A DNA stretch of 64,000 bases, from the NCBI GenBank assembly GCA_918797485.1, contig CAKKNE010000006.1, positions 3,472,001-3,536,000 on the forward strand, read 5' to 3'. Origin of the DNA: Pelagomonas calceolata. Its lineage: Eukaryota. This document shows positions 43,507 through 55,300 of this stretch, piece by piece. The translations under genes were made by a program, and so were the position numbers. Within the stretch, counting starts at the first letter, position 1. Every line of letters begins with the position of its first letter. The notes below the pieces were generated by a model. The model was not told the DNA's origin and ran no database searches. It worked only from the letters and a program-made list of their open reading frames with translations.

Positions 43507-43586
43507 GCGGAGCCCTGGGGGACCGTGCCTAAGCCGTGCGGGTTCGTTCGTGTTCCACGGCTAAGCGCGGCTTCCAGGGCTCCCGC
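43507..43586. repeat. Long imperfect inverted repeat (hairpin) downstream of lipoyl synthase
   Basis: Nested pairs ggagccctgg/ccagggctcc and agccgtg/cacggct. Confidence 0.7.
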
Positions 43587-43601
43587 GCTTTAGGACGTGG
43601 G

Positions 43602-43623
43602 CTAGCGGCCTGTAAGACACTAG
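43602..43623. promoter_or_regulatory. CTAG-bounded intergenic motif copy
   Basis: ctagcggcctgtaagacactag(caag), about 130 bp upstream of the ATG at 43754. Confidence 0.7.
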
Positions 43624-43753
43624 CAAGAAAAAGGAACGTAGTGGAGATAATAAGGAGGATCAAGGTGAACGCGTAAACGAGCCCACGGCGCGAGCAGATC
43701 AGTGCTCGCTACAAAGCGGTTACATCTGAATAGCATAGCAATAAACTTACACT

Positions 43754-44281
43754 ATGGACCAGCGTCGCGGGGTCGCCGTGGTTTCTGCGCTGAGCACGGG
43801 CCTCGAGTTCAGTTGGGACATCGCGGAGACGAAAGGCCAGACGCTCTCTTCGTCGCATGATGCAAACGTGGCTGACGCATTGGGAGGGGAAGCTGGAGGC
43901 GGTTTTAACATCGGGCGGCGGCGCCTGGAGTCCACGGAAAAAGGGGTGCCCGGCTACGCCTACCCCGTCTCGGGCCGAGTGCTAGCCGTGTCCAAGAAGC
44001 TACTAGAAGTGACGCCGGATTCGCTAGATGAGCGGCGGCGGCTGCTGCAAGCTTCCGATGTGACTGAGCGGCGGCGACTAGAAGAATGGTTTAGCAAGTC
44101 CGTTAAAGATAGAATCGCATTTTTTGAGAATGGAGGCCCAGGGAGCGGCGGTTCGCAAGCGGCGGAAGGATCCGGAGAAGAATCGCAAGCAGGAGCCAGC
44201 AAGGGCGAGGCCGCAACGAAAGAAGAATCTGTCGAGCGCGGACGGGCGCGGGGCGACCTCGGAACGTACGAAACGATATAA
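43754..44281 (+). CDS. Hypothetical protein with three RRRL motifs
   Basis: 175-aa ATG-started ORF preceded by the intergenic motif. Confidence 0.45.
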   Translation: MDQRRGVAVVSALSTGLEFSWDIAETKGQTLSSSHDANVADALGGEAGGGFNIGRRRLESTEKGVPGYAYPVSGRVLAVSKKLLEVTPDSLDERRRLLQASDVTERRRLEEWFSKSVKDRIAFFENGGPGSGGSQAAEGSGEESQAGASKGEAATKEESVERGRARGDLGTYETI

Positions 44282-44294
44282 TTATGCACAGATC

Positions 44295-44975
44295 CTACTC
44301 CTGCTTCCCCGCGAAACTCCCCGCCAGCGCCCGCGCGTTCGCGAGGCGGTTCAGCCGCCCGAGCGACGCGACGCCGACCGCCAGCGCCGCCGCGGCCCAG
44401 CCGAGGGAAGCGCCCCAGCCGAGTTTGAGTTTTTTCTTGGCGACGTAGAGCGCGTTCAAGGCCTCGATCGCGTGACAAAAAAGAAGCAGCCCCGCGAGCT
44501 GCTTCAGGCCCTCCTTGTGGGGGAACGCGAGCATACAAAAGTCGCGCAGCGGCTGGAGGAAGCCTACCGACGTCAACCCGGCCAGGAGAACGACCGCCAT
44601 AACTACAAAAACGACCGCCCCCGCGGGCTGGTCCGCCGCCGGCCGCAGGACGCGGTGGTGGATCGCCACGAGTCGCACGCGCGCTTCGCCCGCGTCCGCG
44701 AGCGGCGGGTCGAGCGGCCAGACGAGCGCCCGCCGCTTCGGGACCTTGCCGTCGACGACGTCGAGCGTCACGGAAGTTTTCGTGATGGAGCTCATGCGCG
44801 CGCGTTTCGCCGTTGGGTCCAGCGCCAGCGCCATGGCGAGAACGCTGGCCGCATGATCCTGGTTCATATGCTCGCAGATGCGCTTGTTAACGTGTGCTTC
44901 GAAGGTGTCTTTGCCCTCGGCCATTTCTTTCTTCGTGCACGCTGCGCTGGTGCCGTCGTAGAGGTGCAGGGGCAT
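44295..44975 (-). CDS. DUF2470-domain protein with C-terminal TMEM254-like helices
   Basis: RICEHMNQDHA...F/LDPPL....EARVRLV, followed by TM helices with HAIEAL. Confidence 0.75.
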   Translation of the reverse strand: MPLHLYDGTSAACTKKEMAEGKDTFEAHVNKRICEHMNQDHAASVLAMALALDPTAKRARMSSITKTSVTLDVVDGKVPKRRALVWPLDPPLADAGEARVRLVAIHHRVLRPAADQPAGAVVFVVMAVVLLAGLTSVGFLQPLRDFCMLAFPHKEGLKQLAGLLLFCHAIEALNALYVAKKKLKLGWGASLGWAAAALAVGVASLGRLNRLANARALAGSFAGKQE

Positions 44976-44980
44976 GCGTC

Positions 44981-45098
44981 GCGGCGGAGGCGCGCAGTGC
45001 TGCTGTGCTGCGTCGCGGCAGAGGCGTGCAGTTACTGTGCTGCGGTCGCGGCGGAGGCGTACGGTTACTAAGCTGCGGCCGCGGCGGAGGCGTGCAGG
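44981..45098. repeat. ~3.5 diverged tandem copies of a 33-bp unit upstream of the DUF2470 gene
   Basis: Units resembling gcggcggaggcgtgcagttactgtgctgcggtc start at 44981, 45015, 45048 and 45081. Confidence 0.75.
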
Positions 45099-45253
45099 AC
45101 ACGTGCGTGCTGCTGTGCTGCAGTGCTTGCTTGCTGCTGCTCGGGATGCGACGAGGCCTTGCGCAGTGACACAGCAGTATCGGAGAATGCAATACTTCTC
45201 TCGTGTGAAAAGCGCAGCGCGCCGGAGAATTGGGGACGACCGGCATTTTGCAG

Positions 45254-45274
45254 CTAGCAGCTTTAAGGCACTAG
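45254..45274. promoter_or_regulatory. CTAG-bounded intergenic motif copy (variant)
   Basis: ctagcagctttaaggcactag. Confidence 0.5.
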
Positions 45275-46731
45275 CCAGCAAACCCGGAACGCGCATGCAG
45301 CTATTTGAGTATCCTTCAGTTCGCTACTGGTCCAAAGAGATCAATGGGACACTTAATGGGGGCCAAAAAATTAATTTTTTTAATTCGCGATATTGACGCC
45401 GCCGCCATGGCGGGCGCGTCGATGGAATCCTGTCGATTCGTGGCCCGGAGGTCTCCCTGGGGTCGTTTTTGGGTCGGTAGTGGTCGCGTGCAATCGCCTA
45501 CGCCGCATGCGCGGGCGCTTCCAGCGGTAGATAGATATGGCAATTCTCTTAGCCAGGCACTTCGTTTGCCCATGATTTGCCAAAGATTTCGATCCAGAGC
45601 TCTCTGGGGAGCTCCAAGTACGAGCGCATGCGGCATAGGCGACTACCCGACCCCAGACCTATCCCAGAGGGGGTCCCAGAGCCGATCAGCCCCCGAAAAA
45701 AGTGTGTAATTTGGACCCGATGGCGCCCCGTTCCCGTAAAAAACGTCAATTACCCGATGGCCCCCAGTAGTCGCCGTAGCGGTCTCGTTGGACCCTATAC
45801 TACCCCACCGATAGTCAACTACAAGTATATGACATCTACACCACGAGAAGGGTACTTTTGGCTGCCCACGCTCGGGACGTGAACATCTTGATCTGGAGCT
45901 CGCGCAAGTCAGTCGATCATGGAACAAATGATCGCGCCATGGTCCATGGTGATGGTACACGGGCTGATGGTCGTAGGTCCGTGCCTTGTGTCCAAATTAT
46001 TGAGATAACTCGGCCGCGAGTCCGACGAGCCGCCGGGAGCTTGAGGGACAGTAAATCAAATGTGTGACCGCTCAGGCGATTAGGCTGACCCGTCCCACTA
46101 TTAAAGCGCCTGAAACGCGAATTTATTTTATAACTCACCGGTCTGGGGCCAATTCAGTGCCCCGCGTACGTACCGTCGTCCGCGGAGAACGGGCAAGTCG
46201 GTCGATTGTGAGTAGAACAACGGCGTTATGGCCCAGCTATATAATGGCGTCGCTGATAATCGCGAGTCTAGGCTTCGAGCCTGTTTAGGGATAAACGTGG
46301 GGTCGCGAAGTCGACGAATCGCGAGGCTTTAACGGAGTACATGATCATGCTGGCCGATGTCCAGGCGGACTGGATGACATCTACCCCCAACAAACGGATG
46401 GAAACGAACATAAACTCGGGAGTTGTCTAGTAGAATTCTTCTCCCGCCCTCCGAGCGCGCGCCGTCGGCTCCGGTTCCGTCCAACTTGTATGAAAACTGG
46501 GCTGGAGTTGATATAATGTCCTATCTGGACGGTAGAGGGCGGCGTCAATCGCTGGTCTACTTTGGCAAGCCGGAAGACTCATCCGTGAATGTCGCGGGCG
46601 GTGCCTTCCGGGAGGCGCGAGGGTATGTTCCCGGGCCGCTACTCTGAAATATTTGGTCGCGGCGAACGACTAGGATGTATTCTGAATTTGGGTCATTCTT
46701 TTGACGCTATCGAAGCGTATCTTTGAATTTG

Positions 46732-46751
46732 CTAGTGTGTAGTTACGCTAG
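46732..46751. promoter_or_regulatory. CTAG-bounded intergenic motif copy (variant)
   Basis: ctagtgtgtagttacgctag, just upstream of the fragment at 46816. Confidence 0.5.
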
Positions 46752-46815
46752 CTTTCTTTCTTCCTTTCGACCGCGCGAGTAAAGGCCGGACCCTCACAGA
46801 CCCGGCCAACGCAAA

Positions 46816-46893
46816 ATGATCCTCACAAATTGCGCCGCCTGCGCCGCCCCACTGGCCCACAACGCGCCGCGATGCGTTAGAGGCGAAATCTGA
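46816..46893 (+). pseudogene. N-terminal stub of a MYND-finger family gene
   Basis: Translates MILTNCAACAAPLAHNAPRCVRGEI*, truncated within the zinc finger. Confidence 0.7.
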
Positions 46894-47284
46894 AACCTTA
46901 CGCCGACGCGCCCGTGCACAAATCGCAACTCTTTGCGCAAAACGCGATCCGGCGGGCGCCGCTCGTCTCGATCCCGACGCCGCCCTCCTTGCATCCGCTG
47001 GTGACGCAGACGAGCTCGGACATGATCGGCGCCGCGCTGAAGCAGGAACTGTCGTAGTTTGCACATGCCTTCCCCACGCGACTGGGCCCGCGCGCTATGA
47101 GATAACTTGAACCCGTATATAAGTCCTGGAGGCGTCGTCGTCGATGGCGTAATCGCCGAGGGAGTCCGTCCCTGGGTCGTCGCCATAGACCCGCCGTAGG
47201 ACGCGCCGGGACCGGACGAACAGGGGATCTCGTTAGGCGGGGGGAGGGCGGGAGGGGCGGGGCGGGGGGGCAGCGGCGAATTGT

Positions 47285-49001
47285 CTAGGCCTGGTCGTCG
47301 CCCGGCGGCGTCGGCGGCAGGTCCGGAGGGGCTTCTTCGGCCTCGAACGTGTCCGCCAACATGGCCTTGAGGCGCTCGCGCTCCGCGATCTTCTCGAGGA
47401 CCGACGGTTTCGTGGAGGCGTAGTCGTCGCCGTAGACCTTCGTGATCTTGCCCAGTTCCACCAAACCACTGGTGGTCTTGTCGCCGATGAGCTGGAGGTG
47501 GTCGCCGACGCCGCCCTCGCCGAACTTCTTCTGCCTCGCCTCTTCGGGCAGTTTCAGGTCTTCCTGCTGCTTCGAGTAGACGGCGGCGGCCATGGCCGCG
47601 GGCGACGACTTCCGGATCAAATCCGAGCCTCGTAAGGCCACGACCGTAGGATTGCCCTTCGACTTGGACCGCACCAAGCCCTTGAGGCCCTCACCACTTC
47701 CTAGTCGGGAATTGTCGATGAACGTCGAGTTGATCGAATCCAGGTCGCTCCACATGCTGTTCGTCATCTTCTCCAAAGGTAAATCCGAGTCGTCCTCGCC
47801 GTAGGGGTCGTCCAATTCGAGCGACACGATGTGGATCACGGAGAAGAAGGCAATCACAATGGCCGTCAAGACCAAATACCAAATCACGAAGAAGCCGTTG
47901 GACTTGTCCCACAACAAATTCATTTTTTCTTGCGTCCGGTTGAGCTTCGTCACCATGTTGTAGGCCATGAACTGGGGGAAGAGGATGATGCAGAAGGCGA
48001 AGCGCATGATGAGCGTGACCGTCTGGATTCCTGAAGGTACATGGGTGGTCTTGATCTTCATGCTGCTGTAGAAGCATCCCAATAAGGTGCCCTGGCATTC
48101 GAGGGCCGCCTGCTGCTCGAAGTTTCTGAGAAGGCCTAGGTCCGAGCAATTTCTAATGGCATGGGCTAACCAAGAATGGCACAACAGTATTCTACGGTCG
48201 CTCCGAGCTAGTAGTCTCGCTCTTTCTTGTCCTAGTGCCCTTAGTTCATCCTTGTCCAGCTCCTGTAAGAGTTTCCTCACGGACTTCGAGGACCGTAGTC
48301 TCTTCTGGTCCGCACTTTGAGCCGCTTCCTGGACCAAGATGTCGATCATCGTCGCGACGTGCAGCTTACACACTAATCGCAGCTCCAACAAAGCCATGGC
48401 CTGGTCCATGGTGGGGGCATCGGAGTTCGCCGTGATCATGCTTGCTAAATTGCGCATCTTCGTCATCGCCGTGCCGATGAGACCTCGGGCCTCCCACCAG
48501 CGGCCAAAAGACCAGGACAATCTAAACACGAGGAGGAAGGAGAGGGCCGAACCCATAATAGAGGTAGCGGTCCCGATGGCCGGGATCTCGGGCCAGCCCG
48601 CAGCCACGACCACGGAATTCTGCGTGCCCATGGGGAAGTGGCGTTTTTTGGCATAGTACCACATCATCAGTAACCCAAACCCGACGCCGAAGATCTCGTA
48701 CCAGAGGATGTTCATGAACCTGCGTGATGATGGACGCGTCGATGGCGTGCGGCGGGAGCCGCGCCGCTGGCGGCGGAACGTCGCGAGTCGGACGCGCGAA
48801 CAAGGACGCAGCGTCGCACCAGTAGATCATGTTGGCCGACGCCCCCAGCTTGTGGCCGAAGAAGTTGATGTCGAGCTTGTTCGCGCGCCCGACCCAGCGC
48901 CAGGCGAGGATGCCCGGCCAGCCGTGCCAAGGTCTCGATTCGACCTCGTCCTCGAGGCGCTGCGCCGTCGTCGAGATGTGGGTCTTCATCTTGGCGTGCA
49001 T
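47285..49001 (-). CDS. Bestrophin-family anion channel (intron 48720-48819)
   Basis: LSFLLVFRLSWSFGRWWEARG and ELDDPYGEDDSDLP. The splice joins MIYW|FMNILW. Confidence 0.9.
48720..48819 (-). other. Spliceosomal intron (100 bp, GT-AG), introner-like
   Basis: GTGCGA donor, CACGCAG|G acceptor and the core motif. Confidence 0.88.
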
Positions 49002-49195
49002 GCTTGAAACGCCGTTCGGGCAGCCCCTCCTGCGCGCGCCGCGCCGCGGAAGAAAGCAAAAGCTCGCGATGGGCTTTGGCAAGCGAGCTGGCAACTAGAG
49101 GGAAAACACAGGAGCTCGGCGGTTCGTGTGGATGTAGAGGCACCGGAGACCGGTCGGAGGGCTGCCCCGCGCGCGAAGCAGGGGTCGCTTGCTTG

Positions 49196-49215
49196 CTAGT
49201 GTCTTACGCCGCTAG
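49196..49215. promoter_or_regulatory. CTAG-bounded intergenic motif copy
   Basis: (gcttg)ctagtgtcttacgccgctag, between divergent genes. Confidence 0.7.
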
Positions 49216-49357
49216 CCTCGTTTCCAAGCACCACCAACGAGCCGCCTTTTAGCGCTTCTAGCGCACGCCTGTGGCTCAGAAGTACAAATTGTAAGCTCAC
49301 GGTGGCGTCTGAGCAAGCTCCGGCCACCGATTGCAGCAATGACGCACCACAGCTAGG

Positions 49358-52300
49358 ATGCGGGTGCTAGGCTTAGCACGCTTGTTAAGGGCCGTCTGCC
49401 GGCGCTGGCTCGGCGGCTTGATTGTGGTAGACGACGTCCAGCTCTCGGTCTTCACGGGCGAATTGGAGTTGGTGGACTGCGAGCTGGACGGGCCGAAGCT
49501 GACGCGGCTCCTCGCGAGATTAGGGCTGCGCTGCCGCGTCGTGAACGCGCGCGCGGCGAAGGTGTCCGTGTCGCTGCCGATCACGTGGCGCCGCGGCGCC
49601 CGGATTCGAGTCGTCGTGGCGGACCCCGGCGCTTCCCTCGAGCTTGACGACGCCGAGCACGAAGAAACGCCGCAGAAGCCGCGCCGCGCGCTCTGGCGTA
49701 GATTAGCGCTGCGCGTGGCCGAGGCCGTCGACCTCGAGGTGCGGAACGCGGCGGCGCGCTGTTTGTTGAAGGACGGCGCGGCCTGCGGTGTGGGTCTGGG
49801 CAGCGCCGCGATCGCCGCCACCACACCAGACGGCGAGACCTGGCGCAAGCGTGTCGTGATAAGCGGCCTCTACGCTTATTGTGATGAGGACGCCGCCGAG
49901 TGGGACGCTCAAGACGCTTACGCACTTTCTGCTGCATTAGTTGCGGACGCGGCAAATGCGTTGTCTGTGGAGGAGAACGTCGTGCTAGCGCCGGCTTCAC
50001 TCACAGGATCGGTGGCGCTGACGCGATCTTCAGAAGGATTGCGCCTCGATCTAGATGGAGAAACTTCACACGTCTGGCGCGCGACCGCCTCCGCGAAACG
50101 ACTGATGGAGGCCGTCGCGCAGCACACGCCCGTCAAGCGCTCTTCCTCAAGCCAGTCCCTCGACAGCGTCGGCGACGCCGGCTCCGTCAATAGCGAGGAT
50201 TTGCATGAGGATCAACAGCTGAAAAGGGACATCAACGCTGCCTCAAAAATTATCATAGGCGGTTGCCTGCGGGGCGCCCTGCGTTTACAAGTGCGCGACC
50301 GTTCCGATCGGTTATTTTGCCACGTCGGCGGCTCGTTAGATTTGAGAGGGAAATGTGAGGTGGACGAGACTGGTCTGCGAGACTATGCCGTGGAAGCAGC
50401 GTTGGACGATGTTTATGTGGGTGACGCCTCACCATGTACGTCTGCGACGAAGCGGTGGCGCCATTTGGTAAGGAAGCGGCGCGACCCGTCTCCCTGTGAC
50501 GAGCATGCTATTGGAGAGGCGTGGCTCTCCCAATCTCCAGCTGTCGTGAAGCTGACCGCCAGACCCGGTCTTAGGATCGAAGTCTACTGCCGCCACCTCG
50601 ACGTCGTGCTCCATTACCCTTTGATCGGACGATTGAAGGGTGCCTTCTCCGGTGAAAGTCAGCCGTTCACGACTTCCCTAAGGGTCGAGTTCGCGACGTC
50701 CGATTGCACGGTCGAGCTGCCCTACGACTGGGATGTGGATCGAGGCTCGGCGCGATTAGGGTGGCATGAAGCTGTGGGTGCGTTGGATACGTCTCGGAGC
50801 GACCCTACAGTCAATGACGACTTTGACACGGACTTCGCCCAGTTCTGCGCCCGACGCTTAGATGACGCATACGACGGCCTCATCCAAAAGACGCTCTTCG
50901 GGGCCGACTGTAGAAGTACGGGCTTCTACCTTCATGAGAGGGCACCTTTGGATTATGATTTTCGCGTCGATCGAGCGCGGTGCTCGTCGTTCCTGGCATC
51001 GTCGGCAAATATAGCACCCGTCGTCGCGACGTTGGAAGGCGCCTACCTCGCGCTCGGTGTTTCGCGCTTTGCCGAGCCCGGTAGGCGCATCGGGCTCAAG
51101 GCTGGGACGGACACAGCCTGTAAACTAGTTGTGGACGGGCCGCGACTCGCTCGCATCTTGGCTGTTGTCGGCAAATACCTAGGAGGCCCGCCGCCTTTGG
51201 ATTCGGACGGGCGCCGCTTGCCGCCCCTCGAGACGGATGAAGCGCCTCGGACGAATCAGGTCGACGTGGCGTTGGACGTACCACTTTGTAGGGTCGTGTT
51301 GTTGGGGCCGGAGGCCTCCTCAAGATGTCTGGTCGTGACGGTGCGCGACTTATGTGTCAGGTTTAGACAAAGAGGCCACGGCGACCGGGGCTTCCGGGCG
51401 CAAACGTACAGATTCCGGGACGCGACGATCGCACTAGCGAAAGAGCGCGACGCCCACGTCAACCCGTCGCGGGACAGCGCGAAGACCATTGTGAGAGGGA
51501 CTTCTGATGGTGCTTTTGAATACTTGTCAAGGTGGCCCGCGCAGCAGCGACCACAAGGTCCTTTAGGAGACGTGTGTGCGGATGCTTTATCATCATTATT
51601 CGGTGATGCGCCGTCCGAGCAATGTCGCGCGCCCGACGGTCTGAAACGGCTCGTTGTGGATCAACCTATTGTCAGGTGCGCGGTCTCAGAAGCTTTATTT
51701 GGCTTCCGCTGCCTGCTGGCGTTCCTGAAGGGCTTCCAGGCGAGAATCAGGTGGGTCGCCTACGACCCCACCGAAGAAACCGTACCGATTGTCAATGCTA
51801 CGGAGCGGACGATCGCGAGGATAGCTGGAAAAGTAGACGTGTCCTCGGCCATTAAAAAACGAAGAGATCAATTACTACAGAGGGCCGCGTCTCGAACGTC
51901 GCGAGAACTGAAATCGGAAGTCGTGGAACGCATCAATTCGTTCTCTGCTGATGATTTGAGATTTGTCGCTAGGCTCGAGTATGATCTGCGACGGTACGAC
52001 GTGGTCCTGACGTCGACAAATGATCGGCGGCCTCTGGTGAGGTGTCGGGGCGACGCCGTGTACACGACGGACGACGACCAAGTGAGTCAGCTGGAACGGG
52101 TCGTAAGGTTAGATGCAGTGCGCGTCGATGCGTATCGCGTGCGCACCGCGAGGTGGGAACCACTAGTAGAACCCGGTTTAAGTGGCACGGCGTGCACTTC
52201 CGCCAAAGCGGGCAAGCCTTCTCGGTGTTGCTTGGCCTTTGATGATTCTGCTACGGTGGAAGCTACCCTTACAAGAGATGCTGCTTTAGCTTTGCGAGGT

Positions 52301-55300
52301 CTGTTGGACGAAGTCAAGGGCGCTCACACTTCACATCTCACGATGAAGGACGACCAGGTGCAGACGCGTCTTCTTAATAAAACTGGTGTCGATGTGCTGC
52401 TGGACGTCTTCGACCACGAAGGATCGTTCCTCGAGAAGGTCCGCGTTTCTAGAAATTCGGAGGGGACGTTGTCTCCTAAATCGGCTCATGCCATTATCAG
52501 TCTGAGAGACGGCGAGACGGCCTGGACCGTGGAGCGGCCGTTGCCTTGTAGGACGGCGGCGCGCGTCGTAGCCTCGACAACAGCTGGTACACGACGTCCA
52601 AAGAGCCCCTCGCACACGCGTCGTCGAGGAAGGATTGGCCCGCCCCTGACCTGGTCCGGCGCCTTCGACGGGCGAGGCTCTTTACAACTCACTGTCCGAA
52701 GTTCATTAGTAGCTTCCAACGCGTGCGGGTGTGATGTGGTCGTGAGCGCCGGTGGGAGAGATTCGGTCATCGAACGAGGGCCACCCGATAACCCAAAGGA
52801 GACGTCGTTGGCGTGGCCCTTGGCCGACGCTTTGTATTTCAATGATGACGATGACGAAGATGCACCGAGGAGATTGCCGAAGCTGACGGTGGGTGCCGGG
52901 CCAAGAGCTGCCTTGTTGGATGCCAGGACTTCCCTATTAGACGCGCCCTGGCGGCTGGCGCGGGCTTCCGTGCTTAAGAGGAGGTGGGTCCTGTGCAGGG
53001 TCGTCGCCGACGGAAGCACGAATATGGTCCGGGGCGCTCGGCTCGAATTGCGGGCTCCGCTCATTGTGAGGAACCACCTGCCCGTTGCTGTGGATTTACA
53101 AGTCATGCAGCAGCAGGGGACTGATAAAAAATGTGCCGCCGAGAGTCATTTACGACCTGGCGAATCTCTGGCCGTGTCGTCGGTCGACGTAAGGGACTAC
53201 TGCTGGCTCAACACCCGAACTGATGGGAAGTGGGTTTCTGCTAAAATTAATTCGCGGAGCTGGCGAAGGGCTGTTGCGGCCTCGAGAGCGCTGGGGCGGA
53301 GACCTCCCAAAAGACGCAAGGCTTTGGAGGCCTCATCGTCGTGTGGCTACGTGCTCGATGTCGCCACGCCCGACGGGGATTTGAGTCTGGGGCCTTTACT
53401 CTCGACCGGTTCGGCGCCGGCCGTCGCGCTCGAGTGCACACTACGGGCCCCCTGCGTCGTCGTCGACCGGTCCGGTTTAAGCGGCTTGGTCTTCAGCGCG
53501 TCGTCCATTTCATCTGTGTCATCTCTAGAAGCAGGAGAAGCACTCGTCGATGCGACTACGTCTGTCGTAGTACCTTCATCATTACGTTTTGCGGCGTACT
53601 CTGCTGTTAGTACAAGACCCCTCTCGTCGAAAAGGAGAGCGTCAGCAAGGCACGAGGGTTTATTCTGGGTGCCCGACGGCGACGGGGCCTTCCTGAGGCA
53701 CCCTTGTACGAGGCAACTCATGACCTGTGGCACTGATCTAGTTGATACTGACTTCACTCTATCAGTTGTAGCGCGGAGCGCTTGTACCATTTTAGTAGCC
53801 TGCGACATGGCACCGACGTGGCTTAATAACAAGGGTTTCGCGCGGAGCGGCCACGAAAGACATAAGATCCTCCACGCGCGATCGGATACAACCTTGACGG
53901 CCTTCTCCCTCTATCAGAAAGAGCTACAAGAGGGCGAAGCCTTGACACTCCTACAGGCTAGTGGAAGGTACATGTACGCCGCCTTCTGTACGACGCAAGA
54001 CGATGAGGGATATGCCTCTGCAAGGTCCGAGGAGGAGGAGGACTTCTACGAGTGCGTCACGGAGGAGGCGTCGCCCGTACACGTGCTGAACGCGTCGCAA
54101 TCATTGGTCGTGTCGCGGGATGGTCTCAGTACTTCCGTTAGGTTGGCCGACGCCGCGTCGCTGGGGGGGCCGGTGCCTTTGGACCTTGGCGGCGCTAAAT
54201 TGGCGATCTGCGTCGTGGCGGAGGGGCCCACGCGTGTGGCCACGGTCGTGCCTCGGGTTGTCGTGGCGAACGCTCTTGGTTGTTCCTTGTTGTTGCACGG
54301 TCTGACCATACCATCAAACGGTATGGAGAGCTACCACGGGTCCCTTACTTCATTAACAGTAGGCGCATCTACCACGGGTGACCTACGGTTAGACAGACAC
54401 GGCAGCCAAGCCGTCGTCTTATCGCCTGAAAGACGTACAGTGTCTTTGAAAGATGCGTCGGTGTTACGGGTCGAAGCGAGGCCTCGATTGGACGGAGACG
54501 ACTTCGCTACTTTGTGTTGTGTGGGTAGAGATAATGGCGACGCGCCTTTACTATCGGTTGCGAACGAGACCGACGTCTTGGTGGCCTGCTGGCAATCAAA
54601 GGTCAAAGACGCGCCCGTCTGGCTCGTCGAGCCGCGTTCAGCCTCAGCCTTCGGCTGGAGCGAACCTGAACTCAGTAAGAAGCGGATTTGCGTCGTGGCG
54701 TTTGCGTCTCGATCTACGAGTGACGCTGAAAGTGTCGTCGAGTCTCAATTCGCCAAACTAGTCAAAGCAGCAAGGGCGCTGCGCCTGGACGCCGCCGAGG
54801 AAAAACGATTACCTCTACCACTCATAGACGCTTCCGTTGATTTCCAAGTGTTAGATGGACCCTGGGGCGTCGACGCGCGCGTCGACCAAAGAGCTGGGGG
54901 GAGGGTGCTGCGGTTGTGTGCGAAGAGCGAAAGTGCTTATGATGTTGACCTCGGAGACGCTTCACTATCAGGAGAATTTGCCTTTCGCGCGCCCCGGGCG
55001 TCGTTGTCGATTGTGCTCGATGATAGTGAAGGGAAGGCTCGGAGGGAAGCCCTGTTTGGCCAAGTCAAACGTGTGGACTTGAGCTGTCGGAGCGCGTTGG
55101 ACGCCTCCGGTAAACATGGGGCCGCTCTGGATTTGACCGTTGGGGATGTGCGCGTCGAGTCCCACGCGCGGAACGCCCGCCTGAGAGTTGTGCTGGAGCG
55201 GGACGACCAAAATGACGAGGATGTGCTACATGCGTCGCTCGCGCGGCAGCGCGACGGCGCCGCGGAGGTCTGGAGGTATGCTGGTTTACATGTTGCACCT

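Noticed and set aside
43520..43590. tRNA suggested by GGTTCG
   Set aside because: No cloverleaf forms; the region folds as a single hairpin.
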